Shown piece by piece: positions 1-11,614 of a DNA stretch of 64,000 nucleotides (position 1 is the first letter of the stretch; each line of letters starts with the position of its first letter). Under the pieces are notes generated by a model. The model made no database searches. It was not told the origin of the DNA and saw only the letters and a program-made list of their open reading frames with translations. This DNA comes from Cyanophora paradoxa CCMP329 (Eukaryota; Plantae; Glaucophyta), in assembly GCA_004431415.1 (NCBI GenBank), contig QPMI01000222.1:62001-126000 (forward strand). The letters are read 5' to 3'. Made by a program: the position numbers and the translations under genes.

Positions 1-3000
1 CTGCAGCTCGCGCCGCAGCCGGTCTGCCTCCCCCTCTCGCTCCCCCTCGGGACCGCCGGCCGGCGAGGCCGGCGGCGGCGGCGCACCCGCACCCGCAAGC
101 TGCCCGCGCGCCTCGTCCCGCTCCCGCCGGTACCGCGCCGCCTGCTGCTCGGCCTTCCGCAGGGACGCCTTTGCCTCGAGCTCCCACTCCGCCCGCGCCG
201 CCGCCAGGTCGGGGACCGGGGCCGCCGGGCCACCGGGGCGGCAGCCGCCGCCGACGCCGACGCGGCCTCCTCCTCGAGCGCGCGGGCCCGCCCCTCGAGG
301 GCCTCGGCGCGCGCCGCCGCCTCGCGGGCGGCGCGCTCGGCCCCCGCGAGGCGCCGGCGGAGCTCGTCGGCCTCGGCGGCGGCTGCGGCGGCGTCGCGCT
401 CGTGGCGCTCGGCGGCCCCCGGGCCTCCTCCCGCATGGTCTCCAGCTCGAGCAGCAGGTCCTGCTGGGCCTCCCGCAGCCGCTCCACCTCCTCCTCGTCG
501 TACCCCTCCTCCGCCGGCCGCGCCGCCGCGACCGCGGCCGCGCCGCCCTCGGCGGAGGCCGCGGCCGCCGCCGCGGCCGCCTCCTCGGCGAGCCGACGCT
601 CGGCCTCGGCGACCCGCAGGGCCTCCCGCGCGTCGGCCAGCTGGCGGCGCAGCTCGTCGGCCTCCTCCGCCGCCTCGCGCCGCGCCCGCTCCGCCCGCTG
701 CGCCTCGCGCCGCAGCGCCGCCGCCTCCTCGCCGGCGGCCTCCGCGGCGCGCTCGGCGCCCTCGCGCCCCCGGGCGAGCTCGGCCGAGGCGGCCTCCCAC
801 TCGGCCTTCTCCTCCGCGTGCGCGAACTCGAGCTCCGTCAGCTGCCCGCACACCGCCTCGTGCTGCCTCTCCAGCTCCCGCGCCCCGCGCGCCTCCGACC
901 GCGCCGCCTCCGCCTCCGACCGGGCCGCCTCCAGCTCCCCGCGGGCCGCCTCCAGCTCGGCGCGGGCCGCCTCGAGCTCGGCGCGGGCCTCCCCCGCCGC
1001 CGCCTCCGCCGCGCCGCGCGCCTCGGCCAGCGCGGCGTTCGCCTGGCGCAGCGCCTCCAGCTCGGCCTCGGCCGCCGCCGCCGCCGCCTGGCGCGCCTTC
1101 GCTTCGCCCTTGGCGGCCCCGCGCTGGGATGCCTCGGCGGAGCGGAGCGCCTCCCGCTCCGCCGCCGCCAGCTGCTTCCTCAGCTCCTTCACCTGAGGGG
1201 CGGGCCGTCAGCGCGGGGCGGGGCGGGGGCCAGGGACGCGGCTCCTCTGACCTCGCGCTCGAGCTGGGCCTTCTCGCCCTGCGCCTGCGTCTTCTCCTGG
1301 AGGGCGGCGCGCAGCTTGTCCTGGACCTCCTGCGCCTTCCCGCGCTCCTTCGCCACCGCCTTCGCCTCCCGCTCCGCCGTCGCCAGCGCCGCGTCCGCCT
1401 CCCGCCGCGTCGACGCCGCCTTGTTCAGCTCGCGCCGCAGCCCCGCCGCCTCCTCGCGCGCCGCCTCAGCCTCCCGCTCGCGCTCCGCGAGCGCGCCGCG
1501 CGCCGCCTCCGCCTCCGCCTCCGCCGCGGCGGCGCGCGCCTCGGCCGCCTCCGCGCGGGACTCGGCGGCGGCGAGGGCCCCGCGGAGCTCCTCGAGGGCC
1601 CCCGCAGAGACGCCGCCTCGGCCGCCGCCGCCTCGGCCCGCTCGAGGGCCGCGGCAGCCGCCGCCTCGGCCCGCGCGAGCTGCGCGCCGTGCGACCCGAG
1701 CTGCAGCTGCGCCTCCCGCAGGTCCCCCAGCATCGCGTCCCGCCCGGCCGCCGCCGCCTCCCGCTCTGCCTCGGCCGCCTCCGCCCGCGCCTCGGCCGCC
1801 GCCGCCGCCTCGCGGGCCGCCCGCAGCGCGGCGGCGCCCTCGCTGAGGTCGCGGAGGAGGCGCGAGCGCTCCTCCTCGAGCTCCTCGGCGCGGGCGAGGC
1901 CGGAGTGCAGCTCGGCGTCGGCGCACTCGACCTCGCGGAGCCGCGCGAGCAGCTGCGCGGCGGCGCCCCGCTGCACGACCAGCTCCGCCTCCGCCTCCGC
2001 CGCCGCCCGCGCGTTCTCCTCCGCCGCCGCCCGCCGCCTCCGCTCCTCCTCCGCCTCGCGCCGCAGCCGCGCGGCCTCCTGCGCCGCCCGGGCCAGCTCC
2101 GCCCGCGCCGCGTCGGCCTCGGCGCGCAGCCGATCCGCCTCGGCCGCCTGCGCGGCCCGAAGGCCCCGCTCCTCTTCCAGCGCCCGGGCCAGCCCCGCCG
2201 CCTCCTCGCGCGCCCGCTCCAGCTCAGCTGCGGCGGCGGCGGCCGCCGCCTCGCCGGCGCCGGACTCCTCCCCGCGGCGTGCCCAGTCGTCGCCGTCGAC
2301 GAAAGACTCGGAGCCGCCGCTGCGGTCGCCGCTGCTGCCCGAGCTGCCGGTGCCGCGCCGCTCGCCGCGCCGCCGCCCCCGCCGCTCGGAGACGTACGAG
2401 TAGGGGTCGCGGCCCTCGCCGCCGCCCTCCTCGTCCTCCTCCTCACCCTCCTCCCCGTCGTCCTCGGCGATGGCATCCATCGCCGGCCGCTTGCGGGAGC
2501 GCCCCGCCGGCGCCGCCCGCCCTCGCCCTCGGCGGCCCCCGCCGCTTCCGCGTCCGCGTCGGCCGGCTCGCCGCCCTCGGAGCCGGCCTCGGACGGGCGC
2601 GCCACGGACTCGGACTCGGAGGGCCGCGCCTGCGAGGCCGCCGACGGCCGCAGCCTGCTGAAGTCCGGCAGCGGCGGCAGCGGCTGCGCGCGCGCGCGTC
2701 TCAGCGCGGCGGAACGCAGCGCGAGGAGGCGCCGCCCGGCCGGCCCCTGGGCACCTGGAGGGGCCCGGAGGGCTCCTTGGCCCCGCTCCACGTCATGCGG
2801 CGGTGCCGCTTCTGCTTGCGCTCCGCGGCCGCCTCGACGCCGGACTCGCCGCCCGCCGTCTCCGCGTGCGCCAGCCCCGTCCCCACGCTCCTGTTGAACT
2901 CGACGATCTGCGGCGGGGCGGCGGGAGGGCGGGGCCGAGTCAGGACGAGGAAGGGGGCGCGGCCGGCCCCGGCCCCTTTGGGCGGACGGACCGTGCGCAT

Positions 3001-4910
3001 GACCTCGAGCTTCTGCGTGAGGGCGCGGCGCGTGGCGAGCTCCTCCTCGAGGCGCGCCGTCATCGCCGCGTTCGCCTTCGCCATCTCGTCGTTCGCCTGA
3101 GAGCGAAGTTAGTTCGAAGTGAGGCCTCCTCCCTTCCCCGCCCCGCCCCGCCCCTGCCCCCGCGCACGGCCTCCTTGGCAGCGACCTCCTGCCTGAGCCG
3201 CTCCTCCTCCTGCTGCTTCTTTCCGGCGCTCTGCGAAGCGGGGCGGGGGGCTCCACGCCTCAGCAGCGAGCGAGCGCAGGCCGTAGGGGGGCGAGCGAGC
3301 GGGCGCACCTCGGCCTCGGCGAGCTTGCTGCGGAGCTCGTGGACCTCCCGCTGCAGCTTCTTCATCATCGACCGGTCGTCCATGAACTGCGCGCGTGCGG
3401 GGCGGCGGCGAGTGAGCGAGCGAGCCGAGCGAGCGAGAGGAAGGAAGGAGGCGCGCGCGCGCGCCTCGTTGATGGTCGCGTTGTTCTTGATCTTCTTGGC
3501 GCGCGAGGCGAAGCTGAGCGTCGAGAGCGACTCGTCGAGGTTGCGCGCCGACGGGCTGATCGTGCACACGATCGCCGTCTTCGAGTTGCCGCCCAGCGAG
3601 TGCTCCAGCATCCGCGTCAGCTTCGAGTCGCGGTACGGCACGTGCCCGCCCCTGCGCACGCTTGAGCTCGGATGACGACGGCGAGCCGGAGAGGCGCGAG
3701 GGCGGGGCGGACTTGGCCGAAACGCCGTCGGCGAGCTTCTCGATACAGCGGGAGAGCGTGAAGAGGGACTGGTTGATGTTGCAGCCCTCGCGCAGCGAGG
3801 CCGCGTTGTTGAGCGTCCCCGACTTGTCCGCGCGCTCGGAGCCGGCCAGATCCACGAGGTTGAGCACGCCCGTGCGCACCGCCCCGTCCGGCTCGCCCTC
3901 GCCGCCCTGCGCCCGCTCGCGGGACTCCACGAACTGCCGCCACCGCCGCGGATCAAATTCGGATCAAATTCGAGTTCGAAACCGGACGCGGGCCGACCAC
4001 GCGGAAGATGCTGTGGCTGCGGCTGCTGGCCTCGTTCATCTTCGTGGCGCGCACGTGCCGGCGCTCTGCGGGCGGGTCGGCGGAGGCGCGGCGGGGCGAG
4101 AGCGGCGCCGCGTACGGTTGCCCTCCTGCAGCTTGTCGAAGACCTGGTCCAGGCTCGTGAGCACGACCTCGACGGCGTTCTCGACCACGACACGCTGCGC
4201 GGGGAGCGTTTCGGCGCGTTTTCCAGGAGGCGGCGCGGCGCGCGGGGCGCGCCTTGTCCCCGTTGTCGATTGACTCGCGCAGCTCGCGGGGCTTCCCATC
4301 GTCCAGCAGGTCCCGGATCGTCTCATTGTAGATCTCGAGGAACTGCATGCGGATGAGCCACTCCCTGTTTTGTTGCTGCGGCCTCTTGTCGTCAGCTGCG
4401 GCTCCGGGCCCGGCGTCGGCCCACCCGCACCTGGACCACGAGGTCGAACAGCTCCCGCATGGCAAGCGGGACGATACCCTGCTGGTGCGCGCTGTCCCTA
4501 ACGCCCATCATCGTGTGCGTCTTCCCGCTCCCTGTCTGCCCGTAGCAGAAAATCGTGCCTGCCAGAGTCCGGCTCGGGAACAAGCCGGAAGCGGGCCGCC
4601 GCGGCCGCGGCGCAGCTTACCGTTGAAACCCTGTGCCACCGAGTGAACGATGTGCTGGGCCACTGTCTTGTAGACCTCCTCGTTCGCTGCGGCTCCCTTG
4701 AAGACATTGTCTGCGGCGGGTCGGCCGGCGCTCGATCTACTGCGGCGGGCGGGGCGCACCAAACGGGAAGGAGCGAACTACACGGCCCTTCTCATCGGTC
4801 TGGGCTATGAGATTGTGCTCAAAGTGCCAAGGAATCGTCTGGCCCAGCCGGTCCTTCAACTCGGCCTGGTTCGGCGGCCGCACGCGGACGGACACAGAGA
4901 TGCTCTCCAT
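1..4910 (-). CDS. Kinesin-7 (CENP-E-like) motor with long coiled-coil tail; multi-exon, 3' end runs off the window
   Basis: Spliced minus-strand peptides: [34 protein letters not shown] (P-loop), [27 protein letters not shown] (switch I), [11 protein letters not shown] (switch II), [43 protein letters not shown], and RHRRMTW after the neck, followed by an Ala/Glu/Arg coiled coil. A few frame breaks in the tail. Confidence 0.9.
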
Positions 4911-5033
4911 GCCGCCCGCTCCACGCCCGCCGCTGTCTGCGAGCTAGCTGGGTCTGCTCGGCTGCACAGTGACGTTGGGCGCTTTTGCCCCGTACCCGCC
5001 TGAACTCGCCACCCCCCCTCACAAAACGCCGAG
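4911..5033. promoter_or_regulatory. Putative bidirectional promoter between kinesin and GBP
   Basis: Only 123 bp separate the divergent ATGs at 4910 (-) and 5034 (+). Confidence 0.55.
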
Positions 5034-8000
5034 ATGGCCGTCCCGCTCATCCTCGAGGAGGGCGGCAAGCTGTCGCTCGGTGAGGGCGCGAAGCTGCTAT
5101 CTGGCATCGATGCTGACGAGGGTGCGCGCTGCGTTGACGTCGCAACGCCGCCATTTTGCCACGCTGGCTCCGGACCACGTCTCACGTCCTGCGTCTTACG
5201 CCGTCTTACGCTGCTTCGTAGTGACGACGATCTGCATCGTCGGGCCGTACAGGACGGGGAAGAGCTATTTGATGTCGCTGCTGGCCGGCAACGAGGGCGC
5301 CTTCAAGGTCGGCGGCTCCGTGGATGCGGTCACGCGAGGGATCTGGGTTTACAGCGGCGGGTCTGTGCTGACCTCGCTGCGATCTCTGGGTCTGTGCTCA
5401 CTGCACTTGCTTGCGACACAGCGTACGCACGAATCCGGCGAACGGCAAGCGCCAGGCGGTGCTGTTCATGGTGAGCCCGTTCCGTACGTACGCGCTGCAC
5501 GCGCGACGCAGAGCTGACCGAGCCCCGCCCAGGACACGGAGGGCCTCCGCAACTCTGCGTCGACGCCGGAGACCGACGCGCGGCTCTTCTCGCTGACGAT
5601 GATGCTGGCTTCGTACCTGATGGTCAACACGGGTGAGGCCGAGGCCCCCACAACCGTGCCGCGCCGGTCTGACCGCGCCCCCAGTCGGGAGCCTCGACGA
5701 CCAGTCGATCCAGGACGTGGCGTTCATAACGCAGCTCACCAACTTCCTTCACGTGCGCTGCGCTTGCTGCAGAGCGCGCGCGGGCGGCGGGCCGGTCCGG
5801 GCTTACGCGGCGCGCCCACAGGTCAAGTCCCACGGGGCGGCAGACGACGAGACTGGCGAGGGCCTCGCGGACTTCGCGCCCAGCCTCCTCTGGCTCGGTA
5901 CCCCCTTCATCCGCCCCGTCCGTCCGCCCCGCTCCGGCCCGCTAACAACAAAGCTCCGCCGCAGTGCGGGACTTCGCGCTGCAACTGGCGGACGCGCAGG
6001 GGAACCCCCTGAGCGCCGCCGAGTACCTTGAGGGCGCCCTCGCCGAGAAGCCGGGCTTCGCCGAGGAGACCCTCGCCAAGAACCGCGTCGTGCGTACCCC
6101 CCGCGCACGCCTTCCCCCCCCCTCTTTCGAGCGCCGGCGCAGACGTACGCGATCAAGAGCATCTTCAAGGATCGCGACTGCGAGACGCTGATCCGCCCCG
6201 CCGGCGAGGAGAACGTCCTCCAGAAGCTCTTCAGCCTGAAGAAGGAGGCCCGCCCGCCCGCCCGCCCGCCCGGGGCCCTGTGGGAGGGCGCCCGCGCCTC
6301 GCCCCGCCGGACCTTGCCTCACGCGTCGGCCCGCCCGCCCGCCGCAGATCCGCAAGGAGTTCCTGGACGCCGTCGAGAGGCTCAAGATCAAGGTCCTCTC
6401 CAGAGCCAAGGTGCCCGCCCGCTCGCTCGCTCGCTCCTCCCGCGCCCTGTACCCCGCTCCGCTGTCCTGACGCGGGGCGGGGCGCAGCCGAAGACGATGG
6501 GTAGCTTCCCCGTAACCCCGAAGACCCTCGTCCGCCTCGCCGAGGAGTTCATCGCCGGTACCTCCCTCCCTCCTCCCCCCCCGGCCTCCGCCCTCCTGAA
6601 CGAACGGCGCAGCGGTGAACGAGTCGCGCATCCCGACGATCGCGGACTCGTGGACGGCCGTGCAGTCGATCCAGAACAAAAACGCGCTGCAGGCCGCCGC
6701 CGACGAGTTCGCCTCCGAGCTCGAGAAGGCCATCGCCGGCAAGCTCCCCCTCGAGACCTCCGGTACCCCCTCCCGCTTCGCCGCTGTACCCCGCCTCCCG
6801 CCCCCCGCCCCCGCTGATCTCGATGTACCCCCAGACCTCATGAACCTGCACAAGCTCGCCAAGAAGCAGGCGGTGGCGCTCTTCGATTCGAAGGCGGTCG
6901 GCGACTCCTCCCAGCACCGCAAGGAGTGCGCACGGAGGGCCGGCTGCCTGCTGCTGCGCTCCGAGTCTCACCTCGGCTCACCTCAGGCTCAAGTTCAAGA
7001 TCGCCGACGCGTTCCAGAAGGTGAACAGCGAGAACGAGCGGGCGTCGCTGGGCCTCTGCAAGGCGCTCCTCGCCGAGCTCTACGGCGACCTCGAGGCGCG
7101 CATCGCCTCCGTCAGCGGCGGGCGCTCCGTCACAACCCTCGAGGAGGTGTGTGTGTGCTCGCGCGCGGGTGGGCCGGGCGGGCCCGCTCGATGCGCCGCG
7201 CCTCGCGCTGATCCTGACTTCTCTCCCTCCCTCGCTCCGCAGTACGAAGAGGCGTGGGCGAATCTGAGGAAGCGCGCCCGCCCGCCGCGCTGCGCTGCTT
7301 CCTCCGCGGCCCTCGATCTGACCCCCGCCCGGCAGGGTCTACGTGGAGAAGGCGCGGGGCCCGGCGTCGCTGGCCGTCCTGAGCGAGTTCATGGAGCAGA
7401 AGGTCGTACCCGCCATGAAGGTTTTCATCCTCCAGTCCAAGACCCGCGCCGGTCTGCTTTCTCCGAAATTGATCGAGCTAACCGCGGAGCCGCTGAACCG
7501 CCGACGACGTCGCGCCGCGCCGCGCCTCGCGCAGAGCTGGACAAGAGCGAGCTGAGCACGCGGGCGCTGAAGGCCGAGAAGGGCGAGAAGCAGACGAAGC
7601 TGGACACGGTGCAGGCGATGGCGGCGCTGCAGGAGCAGGTGGACGCGGCGAGGCGCGAGGCGGCGCGCGCGGCCGGGGAGAAGAAGGTCCTCGAGGAGAG
7701 CAGCGCGGCGGTGAACGCGCAGCTCGCCGCCGCCCAGAGCGAGCTCGTTAAGGTCCACAACCTGTTCGCAGGTGCCCTCTGCTCTTTCATCCATCCTCTC
7801 CGGCCCGTCTCTTGTCCCTGTGACGCCCCCGCCCGCCCGCCCGCCCGCCAGACATGGAGAAGCGGTTCAGCGAGCAGCTGGGGACGCTGAACTCGCGGGT
7901 CATCTCCGTTGAGGCCTCCAAGAACAGCCTCGCCCTGGGTACTACTACTACTACTAATCCTCGCTCTCGCCGGCCAGCCGGGTCCGCCCGCCCGCTGACT

Positions 8001-9357
8001 GCCGCGCAGAGCTGGAGGCGAAGACGATGGAGTGCGGGAGGCTGGCGGGCCGGGTGGCGACCCTCGAGCAGGAGCAGCAGAAGACGCTGCAGGAGCGCGA
8101 CGTCCTCTTCGAGTCCGTACGCGGCCTCGGCGCGGTGCGCTCCTAACTCAACAACAAAGTTCGGCGTGCGCTCTGAACCGGAGCGCAGGACCCGGAGGGC
8201 GTGCTGAGGACGGGGCCGGTGACGCCGCGGACGCCAAAGACGCGGCCGCTGACGGCGCAGTCGAGCGCGTCGAAGAGCGCCGCCAAGAGCGCCTCCAAGC
8301 TCGAGCGCGGCGACCTCGACTCGCCCGCCCGCTTCCGCGACGAGATCGCCGTCCGGGACAGGGCGCGCGCGCCCTTTCCCCTCGTGCGAGGCTCTCCGGC
8401 TGAGCTGGGGACGGGGCCGCGCGCAGGAGCTGGCGACCCTCAAGAAGGACGTCATCGCCCTCCAGAAGCAGATCCTGCTCAAGGACAAGGCCCTCGTCCG
8501 GTGCCCGTGTTTGCTCTCTGTTCGCTGGGCTCGGCTGACTTGCTCGCTTGCTCCTCCCCCCTCGGCAGCGTAACCGACGACCTGGGTGCGTCCGCTCGTC
8601 CGTTCGCGGCAGCGTACTCCCGACGCTGACCTGACGCGGGGCGGCAGCCAAGGCGAAGGAGGACGCGGAGGCGTTGGCCGCGAAGGCGCGGAGCGCGGAG
8701 AGCGAGGCGCGGGTGCACGTGGGCGACAAGAAGCAGCTGCAGACGGAGATCCACCGGCGGGAGGTGGTGCTGGAGAGCACCTGCAAGGAGGTCTCCAAGC
8801 TCTCCGAGCTGCACCAGCTCCGCGAGGAGCTCCGCGCCCTCGCCTCCAAGACCGAGAACGAGGCCGCCTACAAGGCGCGCGCGCCGCCCCGCCCTCGCCC
8901 TCGAAGGAAGCGAGCGAGAACGGAAGAGACTGACGGAGGCGGCAGAGCGCGGAGGTGGAGGCGGCGAAGCGGGAGGTGAGGACGATGGCCAAAGTGGTCT
9001 CCGACCGCGAGCGCGACCTCGCCCGGTGCCAGGGCCTCATCGACGAGCTCCAGGCCAAGGTCAAGGGTGCGCGAACTATAAGCTGCGCGAACTATAAGCT
9101 GCGACGGCTCTCATCGTAGCTCCCTTTCTTGCCGATATCTGACTATCTGAGCCTCTTAGCTTAGCCTGGACAGCTAGCTTCCTTCCCCTCCCTCCCTCCT
9201 TCCTACCTTCCCTCCTTCCCGAACTCACTCGGCTCGCGGCCTTTGTGCAGCGCTGGAGATCAACCCGGCGGCCTCCGTGGCCTCGCTGGGCGCCAGCGGG
9301 GCCCTCTCGACCCTCAAGGCCCCCGCCTCGCCCGCGCGGGAAGCCGCCAAGGCGTAG
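5034..9357 (+). CDS. Guanylate-binding protein (GBP/atlastin-family large GTPase) with C-terminal coiled coil, about 24 exons
   Basis: G1 IVGPYRTGKSYLM, G2 TRGIW, G3 LFMDTEG, LASYLMVN, G4 PSLLWLVRDF, IKSIFKDRDCETLIRP and VNESRIPTIADSW; then a helical stalk and coiled coil. Stop TAG at 9355-9357. No CaaX box. Confidence 0.9.
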
Positions 9358-9616
9358 GGCGGCGGCGAGGGAGCTCGCTAGGATTTCTGATTGTTGAACT
9401 TCACGATTCAGGATTTCGGATTGATCTCCATGATTTGATCAGTCAAATCGTTATATATATAGACATCTGTGCCACAAATATAAATCTGTACAATATGGAT
9501 ACGTATACGTATAACACATCGCGATCATCTAAATCCGGTCCCAGTACCAAAACCGGTACCCTGTGCAGAGAAAGAGCCCTGGCGCCAGCCAGGCCCTCCG
9601 AGGCTCATGGTCATGG

Positions 9617-11222
9617 TCAGCGTTCGAATTCACCCCTACAGACGGCCAGACCTGGCGCAGGGTCGTCACAGAGAGTTGGCCATGGGGAGCTCGAGGGTAG
9701 GAGCAGGACGGGGGTATAAACGTACCAGCCGCTGCGCCCTTGACACGGGGCGGACCAGGGTCGGTGCGCATCCACAGGAGCGACAGCGTAGTAGTCGGGC
9801 TGGGGGTACCCGGGCGGTGGCGGGGGGTACCCGGGAGGCTGCTGGGAGTAGCCGGCGGGCGGCGGGGGGTAGCCGGCTGGCATCGAGGGGTATCCGGCGG
9901 GCGGAGGGGGGTAGCCGACTGGCAGGCCGGCGGGAGGAGGGGGGTAGCCGGCGGACGGCAGGGCGTAGTCGTTGGGCGGAGGGGCGGGCCGCGGGCCGCC
10001 CCGGCTGCCAATGAGAGCGTCGAACGCCCGTCTGAGGGTCCAGGCGCCCTCCCTCGGCTCTTGCCGCTGCGGGCCGGGCGTGAGGCGGGAAGGGCAAGGG
10101 AGAGAGGACCGTGGGGGGTACAGCGCACGCGGGCGCGGTTGAGGGCGTCGCGCAGGTAGGCGCCGAGCGCGGGGTCGAATCCGAGGAGGGCCGGAACGGC
10201 CAAAACGCGCTCCGCGGCGGCCTCGTACGCCCGGAAGCAGCCGGCCGCGTCCCCTGAGGCCCGTACCCCTCGGCGCGGGCGGCGAGAGAAGGGCAGGTGT
10301 GGATAAGGGTACCCGAGTTGAAGAGAGGAACGCCCCACTCGATGGCGCGTTCGATCTCCTGTGCGGTTTCGAATCAAGACGGCGGCTTTCGAGCGGCCGG
10401 GAGTGGGTCGCACTTCCTTCGCCGCGGGCGTCACGGCTCGCTGCGCCATGCTGGGGTACGGCTTCAGCTGCAGCTTCGGGGGTACACGTCGCCAGCGACG
10501 TCGCGCGCGTACCCCGGCGCCGGCCCCGGATCGGTTTCGAAGGGAGCCTCGTTGCCCCTCTCCCGCGCCCGCTGGTTCGCATCTGAGCATAGGGCGGCGC
10601 GTCAGGGCGAGGACCCGGAACCTGGCTGAAACCGTACGGCGGGCGCGCGCACCCTCCACGACGGTCTGAGCGATGGCGGCGCGGAGGTACCGGGCGGCCT
10701 CGGCACGCCCGGCCGCCCCCGCCGCCTGGCGCAGCCCGGCCTCGAGGGCCGCCCTCTGCCCGGGCGAGAGCGCCGCGCCCTGCTGAAGCGCCTCCTGCGC
10801 GCTGCGCATGGCGGCCCCCGCTCGGCCGGCGGCGGAGCGGAGCGGAGCGCTCGGAGCGCGGCTCGGGCGCGGGCGCGCGGGGCGCACGCGTCTCTGTAGC
10901 AGAGGAGGGCGCCCTCGTAATCGCCGCGCGCCTCGAAGCGCTGCCCGTCGGAGAAGGCGTCGCGAAGCTTGCGCCGCAGCGAGCGGAGGTCCAGCTTTTG
11001 GCGCGGGAGCTGCCGCGGCGGCGACGGAGACTTGTCGCCGGCGCGCCGGCGCCGGGCGGGCGAGAGTTGGTACCTTGAGCCGGGCGAAGAAAGAATCAGG
11101 TTAACGGACGAGGATGGGCGGAGGAGGGTGCCGTACCGCCCGTTCCGCGTGGGAGGGAGGACGCCGCCGTACCGCGCGCGGTCCCGGGCCTCTATCCCCG
11201 CCGCGAGCAGCCGGAAGACCAT
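9617..11222 (-). CDS. Uncharacterised protein with two copies of a helical domain and a PPPAGY-repeat tail
   Basis: Spliced peptides: LRDAFSDGQRFEARGDYEGALLCYRDAAQEAL...ARYLRAAI and IERAIEWGVPLFNSGDAAGCFRAYEAAAERVL...AWTLRRAFDAL, then GYPPPPAG repeats (about 9800-9960). Confidence 0.65.
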
Positions 11223-11614
11223 GACGCCTAGAATCGCCGCTATCCTGCCGTGCTGGGTGCTGGCTCGGCCGCGCGTGCACGTGCGCCGCTCGAGCTCGTG
11301 AACGTGCGGGGACGGCTCCTCGTGCGACGCGCGCGGATCGAATCTGCCCTTGTTTGCTACTCTCTGAACCGAACTTCGCGCCGCCGCACGTGCCGCCTGC
11401 TCGGCGCCGGCAGCACGATAATTGCGGTCCTTGAACGCCGCCGGGGGTGCGCTGGCTGTGCCGGTGGGCTCTCGTGCGCTTGCTTGCTCTTCAAGTGCCG
11501 CGTGCGATCGCCGCTGCAGCGGTGTTGCGCTTCGGGCAAACTTTGTTTCGGGGGATGGAGCCGGATTCGGGTACACTAAACTTAAAGCCATCTCACCGCC
11601 CAAAGCAATTTGCA

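Noticed and set aside
171-3256. Long plus-strand and alternative-frame ORFs (300-600 aa)
   Set aside because: Shadow frames of the GC-rich kinesin coiled coil; low-complexity Arg/Ala/Pro/Ser with no motifs. The same applies to most of the ORF track.
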